A stretch of DNA of 64,000 nucleotides from Eledone cirrhosa (lineage: Eukaryota): assembly GCA_964016885.1 (NCBI GenBank), contig OZ024742.1, positions 120,714,001 through 120,778,000 of the forward strand, written 5' to 3'. Of the stretch, positions 24,840 through 36,963 are shown piece by piece. Each line of letters begins with the position of its first letter. Position 1 is the first letter of the stretch. The notes under the pieces were generated by a model that saw nothing but the letters and a program-made list of their open reading frames with translations, was not told the DNA's origin and did no database searches. The position numbers and the translations under genes were made by a program.

Positions 24840-27800
24840 GTTAGATTTAGGGTTAGTGTTACTGTTAATGATAAGTTTATTGTTAGTGACTGTGTTACTG
24901 TTAGCATTACTGTCACTGTTAGTGTTACTGTAACTGTTACTCTTACAGTTACTGTTTGCGTTACTGTCTGCATCAGCGTTAGCATTTGCATAAGCTTTTG
25001 TGTTAGTGTCTATGTAGACTGGTGTTAGCATCTGCGTTAGTGTTTGCGTAAGTGTCAGCATCTATGTCAGCATTTGCGTCAGCGTCTGCATTGGTGATAG
25101 TGATTGTGTCAGCATTTCCCTTAGCGTCTGAGTCAACATTAGTGTTAGCATTAGTGTTTGTTTCAGTGCCTGCGTCTACGTCTACGTCAGCTTCTGAGTC
25201 AGCATTATCATTAGCGTCCGCGTCAGCACTTGTGTCAGTGTCAGCGTTTGCATCAGCGTGCACATCAGCATTTGCATTAGTGTTTGAGTCAGTGTTAGCA
25301 TCAGTGTTTGCATTTGTGTAGGAGTTAGCATTTGCGTCAGCATCTGCATCAGCATTCACATTAGCATTAGTGTTTGCGACAGTGTTTCCTTTAACGTCTT
25401 TGTCAGCATTTCCATTAGCGTCTGTGTCAGTGTTTCCGTTAGCTTCTACATCAGTGTTTACGTTAGCGTCTGTGTCAGTGTTTCCGTTAGCTTCTACGTC
25501 AGCATCTATGTCAGTGTTTCCATTAGCTTCTACGTCAGCATTTCCGTTAGCGTCTGTGTCAGTGTTTCCGTTAGCGTCTGTGTCAGCGTGTACGTTAGCA
25601 TCTATGTCAGCATCTATGTCAGTGTTTCCATTAGCTTCTACGTCAGCATTTCCGTTAGCATCTATGTCAGTGTTTCCGTTAGCTTCTACGTCAGCGTTTC
25701 CGACCGCGTCAGTATTTACATCTACATCAGCGTCAGCGTTTCAGTTAACGTCAGTGTTTACGTTAGCATCTGTGTCAGCATTTACGTTAGTGTCTGTGTC
25801 AGCGTTTACGTTAGCTTCTACGTCAGCGTTTCCGTAACGTCTACGTCAGCGTTTTCCGTTAGCATTAGCGTTTCCATTAACCTTTCCTGTGGCGTCCGCA
25901 TCATTGCAGCGTCTGCATATCCTATGTAAGCATTAACTTTCAGCATTTGCATCAGCGTAAGCGTTAGCCTTAGCCCTAGCGTCCGCATCAGCATTTGCGT
26001 TAGCGTCAGCATACACGTCAACGCCGGCAAAACTGCCTCAACATTTGCGTCAGCGTTAGCTTGGCTTTGGCTTCAGCAATCCGCATCAGCAATTGCGTTT
26101 TGGAGATCAGCTTCGGCGGTAAGGGTAAACGCTAACTTCTACGCCTGCTTCTACGTAACAACTACGTCAGCGTTTTGTTAGCTTCTACGTCAGCGTTTAC
26201 GTTAACATCTACGTCATCGTTTACGTTAGCTTCTACATCAGCATCTACGTTAGCTTCTACGTCAGCTTCTACGTTAACATCTACGTCATCGTTTACGTTA
26301 GCTTCTACGTCAGCATCTACGTTAGCTTCTACGTCAGCTTCTACGTTAACATCTACGTCATCGTTTACGTTAGCTTCTACGTCAGCATCTACATTAGCTT
26401 CTACGTCAGCGCTTACATTAGTGTCTGTGTCAGCGTTTGTGTTAGCTTCTACATCAGCGTCTGTATTTACATCTACATCAGCGTCAGCGTTTACATTTGC
26501 GTCTGTGTCAGCGTTTACATTAGCGTCTGCGTCATCGTTTACATTAGCGTCTGCGTCATCGTTTACGTTAGCGTCTGTGTCAACGTGTGTTAGCATCTGT
26601 GTCAGCGTTTATGTTAGCGTCTGCGTCAGTGTTTATATTAGCATCTGCGTCAGTGTTTACGTTAGCATCTGTGTTAACGTGTGTTAGCGTCTGTGTCAGC
26701 ATCTGCATCAACATTTTCATTAATGTTTGCATCAGTGTTTCCTTTAGCTTCTACGTCAATGTTTACGTCTGCGTTAAGGTTCACATTAGCATCGCTGTCA
26801 TCGTTTGCATCAGCGTGAGCATTTGTGTCAGGGTAGCATTTACATCAGTGTGTGCGTCAGAGTCTTTGTCAGCATTCGCCTTTGCATCTGCATCAGTATT
26901 CACGTTAGTGTTTGTGTCAGCGTAAGTGATTGTGTCAACATTTGCACTAGCGTTTGTGCCAGCATAGCCATCTTCGTCAGTGTTAGTGTTACCATTAGTG
27001 TTCGTGTTAGTGTTTGTGTTTGATTTTGTATTAGTGTTAGCATTTTTGTTAGTGTTAGTGTTCAGGTTAGTGTTAGTGTTTGTGTTAGTGTTCAGGTTAA
27101 TGTTGACTTAGTTTTCTGGTTAGTGTTAGTTTTCAGGTTAGGGCTCGTGTTACTTTTAGTGTTAGTGTTCAGGTTAGTGGTTTATGGTAGTGTTAGTTTT
27201 AGTGGTAGTGTTAGTGTTAGTGTTCAGGTTAGTGTTAGTGTTTACGGTAGTGTTAGTTTTAGTGTTATTTTTTCCATTAGTGTTAGTGTTTTATTTTGTG
27301 TTAATGTTTGTGTTAGTGTTTCCATTAGTGTTAGTGCTAGTCTTTGTTTTTCTGTTAATGTTAGTGTTTGTTTTAGTGTTGAGGTTAATGTTAGATTAGT
27401 TTTCTGGTTAGTATCAGTTTTCGTGTTTGTTTTAGTGCTAGTGTTCAGGTTAGTGTTAGTTTTTATGGTAGTGTTAGAGTTAGTGTTACTGTTAGTGCTC
27501 AGATCAGTGTTAGTGTTTGTGTTACTGTTTATGGTAGTGTTAGTTTTAGTGCTAGTGTTTAGGTTAATGTTAGTTTTAGTGTAAGTGTTCAGGTTAGTGT
27601 TAGTGTTCAAGTTATGTTTGTGTTAATGTTAGTTTTAGTGTTAAGGTTAGTGTTAGAGATAGTGTTAGTGTTTGTTTTTGTGTTAATATTTGTGTTAGTA
27701 TCTCTGTTAGCATTAGTGATTGATGTTTCCATTAGTGTTAGTGATTGTGTTAGCGTTAGTCTTTGTTTTTGTGTTAATGTTAGCATTAGTATTTCTGTTA

Positions 27801-30660
27801 GTGTTAGCATGAGTGTTTGTGTTAGTGTTCAGGTTAATGTTAGCTTAGTTTTCAGGTTAGTGTTAGTGTTCAAGTTAATGTTAGTTTTAGTGTTAGCGAT
27901 TGTGTTAGTGTTTGTTTTTGTGTTAATATTTGTGTTAGTATCTCTGTTAGTGTTAGTTTTAGTGTAAGTGTTCAGGTTAGTGTTAGTGTTAGTTTTAGTG
28001 TTAAGGTTAGTGTTAGTATTTGTTTTGGTGTTAATATTTGTGTTAGTATCTCTGTTAGCATTAGCGTTTGATGTTTCCATTAGTGTTAGTGATTGTGTTA
28101 GCGTTAGTCTTTGTTTTTGTGTTAAAGTTAGCGTTAATGTTAGCATTAGTATTTCTGTTAGTGTTAGCATTAGTGTTTATGTTAGTGTTAGCATTAGTGT
28201 TTATGTTAATATTAGCTTAGTTTTCAGGTTAGAGTTAGTGTTCAAGTTAATGTTAGTTTTAGTGTTAGTGTTGAGTTAGTGTTAGAGATTGTGTTAGTGT
28301 TTGTTTTTGTGTTAATATTTGTGTTAGTATCTCTGTTAGCGTTAGTGTTTGTTTTAGTGTTGAAGTTAATGTTAGCTTAGTTTTCTGGTTAGTATCAGTT
28401 TTCAGATTAGTGTTTGTGTTAATGATACTTTTAGTGTTAGTGCTCAGGTCAGTGTTAGTGTTTATGGTAGTGTTAGTTTTAGTGCCAGTGTTCAGGCTAA
28501 TGTTTGTGCTAATGTTAGTTTTAGTGTAAGTGTTCAGGTTAGTGTTCAAGTTATGTTTGTGTTAATGTTAGTTTTAGTGTTAGCATGAGTGTTAGAGATT
28601 GTGTTAGTGTTTGTTTTTGTGTTAATATTTGTGTTAGTATCTCTGTTAGCATTAGTGATTGATGTTTCCATTAATGTTAGTGATTGTGTTAGCGTTAGTC
28701 TTTGTTTTTGTGTTAATGTTAGCATTAGTATTTCTGTTAGTGTTAGCATGAGTGTTTGTGTTAGTGTTCAGGTTAATGTTAGCTTAGTTTTCAGGTTAGT
28801 GTTAGTGTTCAAGTTAATGTTAGTTTTAGTGTTAGAGATTGTGTTAGTGTTTGTTTTTGTGTTAATATTTGTGTTAGTATCTCTGTTAGTGTTAGTTTTA
28901 GTGTAAGTGTTCAGGTTAGTGTTAGTGTTAGTTTTAGTGTTAAGGTTAGTGTTAGTATTTGTTTTGGTGTTAATATTTGTGTTAGTATCTCTGTTAGCAT
29001 TAGTGTTTGATGTTTCCATTAGTGTTAGTGATTGTGTTAGCGTTAGTCTTTGTTTTTGTGTTAAGGTTAGCGTTAATGTTAGCATTAGTATTTCTGTTAG
29101 TGTTAGCATTAGTGTTTATGTTAGTGTTAGCATTAGTGTTTATGTTAATATTAGCTTAGTTTTCAGGTTAGAGTTAGTGTTCAAGTTAATGTTAGTTTTA
29201 GTGTTAGTGTTGAGTTAGTGTTAGAGATTGTGTTAGTGTTTGTTTTTGTGTTAATATTTGTGTTAGTATCTCTGTTAGCGTTAGTGTTTGTTTTAGTGTT
29301 GAAGTTAATGTTAGCTTAGTTTTCTGGTTAGTATCAGTTTTCAGATTAGTGTTTGTGTTAATGATACTTTTAGTGTTAGTACTCAGGTCAGTGTTAGTGT
29401 TTATGGTAGTGTTAGTTTTAGTGCCAGTGTTCAGGCTAATGTTTGTGCTAATGTTAGTTTTAGTGTAAGTGTTCAGGTTAGTGTTCAAGTTATGTTTGTG
29501 TTAATGTTAGTTTTAGTGTTAGCATGAGTGTTAGAGATTGTGTTAGTGTTTGTTTTTGTGTTAATATTTGTGTTAGTATCTCTGTTAGCATTAGTGATTG
29601 ATGTTTCCATTAGTGTTAGTGATTGTGTTAGCGTTAGACTTTGTTTTTGTGTTAATGTTAGCATTATTATTTCTGTTAGTGTTAGCATGAGTGTTTGTGT
29701 TAGTGTTCAGGTTAATGTTAGCTTAGTTTTCAGGTTAGTGTTAGCGTTCAAGTTAATGTTAGTTTTAGTGTTAGAGATTGTGTTAGTGTTTGTTTTTGTG
29801 TTAATATTTGTTAGTATCTCTGTTAGTGTTAGTTTTAGTGTAAGTGTTCAGGTTAGTGTTAGTGTTAGTGTTAAGGTTAGTGTTAGTATTTGTTTTTGTG
29901 TTAATATTTGTGTTAGTATCTCTGTTAGCATTAGTGTTTGATGTTTCCATTAGTGTTAGTTATTGTGTTAGCGTTAGTCTTTGTTTTTGTGTTAAGGTTA
30001 GCGTTAATGTTAGCATTAGTATTTCTGTTAGTGTTAGCATTAGTGTTTATGTTAGTGTTCAGGTTAATGTTAGCTTAGTTTTCAGGTTAGAGTTAGTGTT
30101 CAAGTTAATGTTAGTTTTAGTGTTAGTGTTGAGTTAGTGTTAGAGATTGTGTTAGTGTTTGTTTTTGTGTTAATATTTGTGTTAGTATCTCTGTTAGCGT
30201 TAGTGTTTGTTTTAGTGTTGAAGTTAATGTTAGCTTAGTTTTCTGGTTAGTATCAGTTTTCAGATTAGTGTTTGTGTTAGTGTTACTTTTAGTGTTAGTG
30301 CTCAGGTCAGTGTTAGTGTTTATGGTAGTGTTAGTTTTATTGATAGTGTTCAGGCTAATGTTTGTGCTAATGTTAGTTTTAGTGTAAGTGTTCAGGTTAG
30401 TGTTAGTGTTTGTATTAGTGTTTACGGTAGTGTTAGTTTTAGTGCTGGTGTTCAGGTTAGTGTTAGTGTCAATTTTAGTCTTAGTGTTCAGGTTAGTTTG
30501 TGTTAGTTTTCTATTTAATGTTAGTTTTCAGATTTTGTGTTTGTGTTAGTTTTCATGTTAGCGCTAAGTTCACTGTTAGAGCATGTGTGAGTGCAAGTGT
30601 TAGAGCATGTGTGAGTGCAAGTGTTAGGGTAAGTGTTATTTTTAAAGTTCGGTTTTAGCT
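24840..30660. repeat. Hexamer-based low-complexity satellite (GTTACT > GTCAGC/GTTAGC > GTTAGT)
   Basis: Continuous 6-bp periodicity, with 24-bp and 60-bp sub-periods at 25.4-26.5 kb. This explains the many overlapping low-complexity ORFs. Confidence 0.9.
27605..30400. repeat. 939-bp higher-order repeat, about 3 copies
   Basis: The marker gttcaagttatg occurs at 27605, 28544 and 29483. ORF pairs are offset by exactly 939 (27607/28546/29485; 28265/29204). Confidence 0.9.
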
Positions 30661-31003
30661 TAAAGTTAGGTTTTCTACTTTTCAGGAAAAAAGTTGATCG
30701 TCTCTAACTTGAGTGGTGTGATATAGTGTGGTAAAGTATAGTGTTTCATAGTCTTGTGTGGTGTTGTCTATTGTTGTATAGTGTAGTATGGTATATTGTT
30801 TCATAGAATGGTCTGATGTGAGGTCGTACAGTGTTTCATAGTGTGGTGTTGGATAATGTGGTATGGTATAATGTTTGTCAGTTTGGTGTGGTATGGTATT
30901 GTATAGGTTGATGTAGTGTGGCTTTGTTTGATTATAATAATACAAATAATAATAACAATAATAATAGTAATAATAATTGTTCTTGTTCATTTTCTTTGTC
31001 TTC

Positions 31004-31236
31004 TTCTGTGCCTTTGTCTTCTTCTGTGCCTTTGACTGCTTCTGTGCCTTTGACTGCTTCTGTGCCTTTGATTGCTTCTGTGCCTTTGACTGCTTCTGTG
31101 CCTTTGACTGCTTCTGTGCCTTTGACTGTTTCTGTGCCTTTGACTGTTTCGGTGCCTTTGACTGTTTCTGTGTCTTTGACTTCTTCTGTGCCTTTGACTT
31201 CTTCTGTGCCTTTGACTTCTTCTGTGCCTTTGACTT
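31004..31236. repeat. 18-bp minisatellite (ttctgtgcctttgactgc), about 13 copies
   Basis: Direct inspection. The minus frames read (KSKAQK)n or (VKGTEE)n. Confidence 0.9.
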
Positions 31237-32134
31237 CTCTGCCATCTAATCTAAATACCAAAAAAACAAAGAATGTAAAACATATATGTTGCCTATCTCT
31301 CAGACTTTACAAAGTGCTGAGGAGATAAAGTTAATTTAAAGAGCAGTGTGCTCATGCACTGTGATCCTATAATGTAGCTTATAAGCTATTTCATAACTCA
31401 AAAACAATGTCAAACATCAACAAAAGTATATACAAATATCTTTGAATGTTTAAGTTAAACCTAAATAGATCGTATCTACAGGTCATTAGGTTAAGACGGA
31501 ACTAAGATCATATCTATAAATCATTAGGTTTAGACTGAACTGAGATCATACTTTCTTCTTCTTTTCGCCATCTTCGTTTCCCGTGTCTTCTTTGTCTTTG
31601 TTGTCATTTTCATTTTAGTCGTCTGCTTCGTCGTCTTTTTCTTCTTTCCCATCTAAATATAAAAAAAAATTGTAAACAAATATATAGCTGATCTCTCAGA
31701 CTTTCACGAAACACCGAGGAGATACAGTTAATATAACGAGTGGGGAGCTCATATATATATAAATATGGTATAGCATGGTGTTATGTGGTCTGGTGTGGTA
31801 CAACATGGTGTGATGTGGTGTGGTATGATATGGTGAGGTGGGGGGGGGGAACACAACGTTAGATTAATGTTAACAATACACATGTAGCATCCACATGTGA
31901 TGAGAAGGGGGAAACAGTGTTTAACTAATTTTAACATTACATGTAGCATCCATCTACGGGTGATTAAGTTAAGACTGAGGTGTAATCATATGAAAAGGTC
32001 AATTTAAAACTACACTGAGATTCTGCTTAAAATGATGGTCAATGAAGTGTTTACTTACTCAGATCCTTTGAAATAACTTTCTTTCTCTTACTGTAACTGG
32101 ACATACGACGAAATAGAAAACAGTCGAATAGACA

Positions 32135-32830
32135 GTGGTGTGGTGTAGTGTGGTGTGGTGTAGTGTAGTGGAGTGTGGTGTAGTGGAGTGTGGTTTAGTG
32201 TAGTGTGGTTTAGTGTAGTGGACAGTGGTGTGGTGTAGTGTAGTGGAGTGTGGTTTAGTGTAGTGGACAGTGGTGTGGTGTAGTGTAGTGGAGTGGTGTA
32301 GTGTAGTGGAGTGTGGTTTAGTGTAGTGGAGTTTGGTTTGGTGTAGTGGAGTGTGGTTCAATGTAGGGTGGGGGATATGGTGTAGTGGAGTGTGGTGGGA
32401 TGTAGTGTGGTAGCATGTGGTGTGATGGCATGTGATGTGATGTGATGAAATGTGGTGTGATGAAATGTGATGTGATGTGATGAAATGTGATGTGGTGAAA
32501 TGTGATGTGATGAAATGTGGTGTGGCGTGGTGAAATGAGGCGAGGCGAGGCAAGGCTTTGCGAGGCGAGGCTTTGCGAGGCGAGGCTTTGCGAGGCGAGG
32601 CGAGGCATGGCGAGGCGAGGCGTGGCGAGGCGAGGCGAGGTGAGGCAAGGCAAGGCAAGGCTTTATGAGGCGAGGCGAGGCGAGGCGAGGGTTGCGAGGC
32701 GAGGTGTGGCGAGGCGAGGTGAGGCTTTGCGAGGCCTTGCGAGGCGAGGCTTTGCGAGGCGTGGTGAGGCGAGGCGAGGATTTGCGAGGCGAGGCGAGGT
32801 GTGGCGAGGCGAGATGAGATGAGATGAGAT
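32135..32830. repeat. Pentamer microsatellite gradient GTGTA/GTGGA > GTGAT > GAGGC > GAGAT
   Basis: Direct inspection. The ASPRL/HHT ORFs are read-throughs of these repeats. Confidence 0.9.
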
Positions 32831-33862
32831 GTGCTATCAACAAATCCAATCTCCAAGATGCTTGAAACTGACTTTTTCCCCCCTAGGAAAACGGCGGGGT
32901 GAGGTGGTGCCCCCTTCACCCGGATAACCCCTGCTTACTCGAAATTTTCTCTTTGATTCTATTTTCATGCGTTATCAGTGAATATGACTTCCAAACCAGT
33001 CAAAAACAACTAACTTTGGAGAAAGAGGAGAGGGAGAGGGGAAGAGTTTTGCAGATCTACACCCCACTCACATGTTGTGGGACTTAATCATTTTCGGTAT
33101 ATTTCGTGTGCTATTTCCTGTGCTATTTCCTATGCTATTTCCTATGCTATTTCCTATGCTATTTCCTGTGCTATTAATTAATCTGACCTCCTAGATGCTT
33201 CCAATCAACTTATTTCCCTGGGTTAGGTTTAGGGTTGGGGTAATATTTAGGGTTTAGTTTTAGGGTTGGTGTAAAGTTTAGGGTTTAGTTTTAGGGTTGG
33301 GGTAATGTTTAGGGTCTAGTTTTAGGGTTGGGGTAAAGTTTAGGGTTTAGTTTTAGGTTTGGGGTAAAGTTTAGGGTTTAGTTTTAGGGTTTGGGTAATG
33401 TTTAGCGTTTAGTTTTATGGTTGGGGTATAGTTTAGGGTTTAGTTTAAGGGTTTGGGTAATGTTTATATTTAGATTGGTTTGGTTTAGATTTAGAGTTTA
33501 GGGTTGGGGCTAGATTTAATTTTATGCTTAATTTAGTTTTAGTTTCCAAATCCCAGGAAAAAAAATTGATTCAGAGCAACTAAAAGGTCAGATTAGTTGA
33601 TAGCACTCAAAAGGAGACCGAAGAAAAATCATTAGGGTATATATCTACAAAACGACAATGGTTTTTCCACCTGCTTTACCCCTCCTTTTTTCTAGAACAA
33701 CTAATCATTTCCAACTGGTTTGGAGGTCATATACGTTGATAACATACAAAAGATCTTAGAGAAAACTCTGGGGTTAAATGAGAGAAGTGCATCCACCTAA
33801 GTTTTCCATGAAGAGAGAGTCAATAACAAGCATCTTGGAGATCAGATTAGTTGATAACACAT
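32829..33862. mobile_element. Degenerate ~1-kb fold-back element with telomere-like (TTAGGG-containing, ~30-bp period) spacer
   Basis: Left arm 32829-33222 and right arm 33552-33862 are degenerate reverse complements (gtgctatcaac.aatc..tctccaagatgcttg; tatgac.tccaaaccagt; gtgctat.aa.taatctgacct). The spacer 33222-33510 is a tttagggtttagttttagggttggggtaa repeat. Confidence 0.7.
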
Positions 33863-34361
33863 GAAAAAAAGATGAGGAAAAAATTTTGGGTGTTATGTGG
33901 TGTGGAGTAGTGTAGTGTGATGTAGTGAGGTCTGGTGTGTTGTGTTGTGGTGTTATGTGGTGTGGAGTAGTGTGGTGTGTTGTAGTGATGAGTGGTGTGT
34001 TGTGTTGTGGAGTGGTGTGTTGTGTTGTGTTGTGGTGAGTGGTGTGTTGTGTTGTGGTGTTATGTGGTGTGGAGTAGTGTGGTGTAGTGTTGTACGTTTT
34101 TATGTGGTGTGGTGAAGTGTGGTGTGATGTGGTGCGGTGCACTGCGATGTGGTGCAGTGTGGTGTTGTGCAGTGAGGTTCTTCATCTTTATCTTTCTCTT
34201 CTTCATCTTTGTATTCATCTTCTTTGTTTTGTCTTCCATCTAAACAAAAAAAAATATATAAAACATATATGTAGCCAATTTCTCAGACTTTTACGAAGCT
34301 CCAGGGAGATAAATTTAATATAATATTCCTGAACAGAGATACTACAAAATAGCTTAAAAGC

Positions 34362-34423
<62 letters not shown>

Positions 34424-34469
34424 CATATATATATATAAATAAATATACACGGGTGTGTATGATTGTGTA

Positions 34470-35018
34470 TAGAAGATTATATTAATAAAAGGAATTCCAA
34501 CTTTGTCTGATTTACTCGTTTTATTTACAATCCTTTAAAATTATAATGGTATTAGAATGAAATAGTATGGTAGAATATTAAGTGTTAAGTGTTAATTGAA
34601 CAAGTAATTTCATGCTTTCGCAATCTTCAGGTTCATAGCTAAATGAACAATAATAATTCTTAGGGGTATAAAAACCCTAGAAAATGTTATCTACATCATT
34701 TCTAAAAATAGCAAAACAATTGATGCTTTGGATAGAGCCAAATAGAAGTCGTTAGACATGCTCAACCAACCATGACGCCTAAATCAATCAGCTTCAGTAA
34801 TCCAGTGAAACTACACACCAATTGGTCGAAATACAGTTTGCAAAATTTACCATTCTGTAGCCGCTTTTCACTGTATATAAGGCACAAAATTTACCCATCT
34901 CATTACAGTTGAAAATTGCAAACTTGACTGTCACCACAGAATATGAACCTGAAGATTGCGAAAGCATGAAAGTACTTGTTCAATTAACATTTAACACTTA
35001 ATATTCTACCATACTATT
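34470..35018. mobile_element. Penelope-like pseudo-LTR element with inverted 77-bp terminal segment carrying hammerhead motifs
   Basis: 34561-34637 is the reverse complement of 34942-35018. CCAAT (34818) and TATATAA (~34875) lie upstream of the plus-strand hammerhead. AATAAA lies downstream of the minus-strand copy. Flanked by (TA)n tracts. Confidence 0.65.
34944..34982 (+). ncRNA. Minimal type I hammerhead ribozyme (predicted)
   Basis: Stem I TGAAC/GTTCA; core CTGAAGA; stem II T-TGC GAAA GCA-T; GAAA; palindromic helix III AGTACT; predicted cleavage after CUU at 34977. Confidence 0.7.
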
Positions 35019-36087
35019 CTGATTACATCTATAAAATTCAGATTACATCTATATATATACACATACATATATATGTAAATATACATTCATATATGAAAAA
35101 AGTTTGTCCTTCATCAGTGATCTTCCAACTATCATAGGCATTTCATCGCTTTAAAGACCATATACCTCCGGTTGGTGCGAGCAACGGCTAAAAAAAGTCG
35201 TTGGGACACGTAAATAAAGGGGACGCGAGGGTAAACAAACAAAATGGTGAAGCAACAGAAAGTGAGGAAGAAGGAGACAAGTCCCAGATTTCTATGAATT
35301 TAAGTTCGGTGAAATTGTGAACGAGAGAATAAAGACCATCAAACCTGGTTGAAATGTGAGCAAGGAAGGAATTTCGCACAGGTCTAACGGGAGGAAGAAG
35401 GGGTCTAGTCTGCGAATTCGGTAAACATAAGTTCTGTGAAATCGTAGACGAGAGAGAAAAAATTCCGACCAGCTTGGCCGAGAATGTGAGAGAAAAGAAT
35501 TACTCACAGGTCAAACGGGAAGAAAGAGGAGGAGGAGAGGTAGTGACAGAGAATGAGTGAGTGAAGGGTGAGGAAGAGGCTAACAGAGAGAGGGACTGCT
35601 AGAAAGGGTAAAGACACATATACATATATACAAATACACATATACACAAATACACATATACATGCATATATATACACATATACATATATATACATGCATA
35701 TATATATACATATACAATATGTATAGGATTCCTTTCCCTTTGAGCACATAATTTACAGGGAATAACGCGACTCTATGGCTCCGTTTATTTATCTTCATAT
35801 ATATAAATACATATATATACAACACACATATATATACATACACACATATATGCATACACACACACATATATATATACATACACACACATATATGCATACA
35901 CACACATATATATACATACACACATATATATATACATACGCACATATATATATAGATATACATACATATATATATATATATACATATATAGAGATTCATA
36001 CATACACACACATATATAGAGATTCATACATACATACACACACACACATATATATATATATATAATATGTTGAAACGGTAACACACT

Positions 36088-36963
36088 AAAGGCTTTATCT
36101 CACATAATATCGAGTCTATGATATTTTGATATTATTTATTTTGAGAACAATACCTTAACATCAGTATGAGTAGCTAGTTATGGCCGGTCTGAACAGAAAG
36201 AGCTGAGAGAATTCTGGCCGGATACAGCCAGTTTAAATGCTAAAGGGTTAAATTATATTCCAAACACCAGCTTAATTATGAAAAAGTTAGTTAAATCACT
36301 CCAAATTCTTGATTATTTATAAAGATTATTTGAAACATAAACAGTGTCTTTCATTAGAAATATGGAAACAAAAGGGTTTATCTACCTAAAAATCTTCCAC
36401 CATATTTTAAGAATCTTCGTTAAGTTATGTTCCAAATACCAGTTTAATTATGGGAAAGTTAGTTATATTACTAAAACACTCAAAAGTCTTCATAAATTTC
36501 GAAATTATTTGAAACTCATAAGCATTAACTCTCCTGGTAATGAAAGGATTTAACCTTTAGCATTTACATTACTCTATATATACTCTTGTATTTTTATCTA
36601 ACATTATATCAAATCTATGAGATTTTGATATTATTTATTTTGAGAACAATACCTTAGCATAAATACAAGTGGCCAGTTACAGCTGGTTTGAACAGAAAGA
36701 GGTGAGAGAATTCTGACCAGATACGGCCAGTTTAAATGCTACAGGGTTAACCCTTTAGCATTTACATTACTCTATATTTACTATTATATTTTCATGGTAA
36801 AGGCTTTACCTCACATAATTATCTCACATAATATCGAATCTGAGATTTTGATATTATTTATGTTGAGAATAATACCTTAACATCAGTATGAGCAGCCGGT
36901 TTGAACAGAAAGAGATGAGCGAATTCTGGTCAGATACAGCTGGTTTATATGCTAAAGGGTTAA
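36088..36963. mobile_element. Cluster of TTAA-flanked piggyBac-like MITEs (two families)
   Basis: TIRs ttaaccctttagcattta / taaatgctaaagggttaa. Copies end at 36251, 36750 and 36963, and the last two share the TTAA at 36747-36750. A second family at ~36251-36550 recurs reversed at ~54050-54295. Confidence 0.7.

Noticed and set aside
24795-30137. Many long ORFs (LVLV, NTNT, ASTS, DADV repeats) resembling antifreeze or adhesin-like proteins
   Set aside because: They are open in several frames on both strands because of the 6-bp periodicity. There are no unique domains or splice context.
31004-31236. Regular short repeats superficially like a CRISPR array (also 20820-21230 and 37462-37612)
   Set aside because: No unique spacers, no cas genes, and a eukaryotic context. 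These are ordinary tandem repeats.
32059-32919. 286-aa ASPRL/HHT-rich ORF
   Set aside because: Translation of the pentamer microsatellites.
33222-33510. True telomere or chromosome-fusion site
   Set aside because: The TTAGGG units are degenerate, single-orientation, in a 30-bp period and enclosed by inverted arms.
35105-35160. Minus-strand GAAA...TGAT-loop-ATCA-CTGATGA, a possible type II hammerhead
   Set aside because: Stem II cannot close next to GAAA and helix III has one pair. At best a truncated relic.
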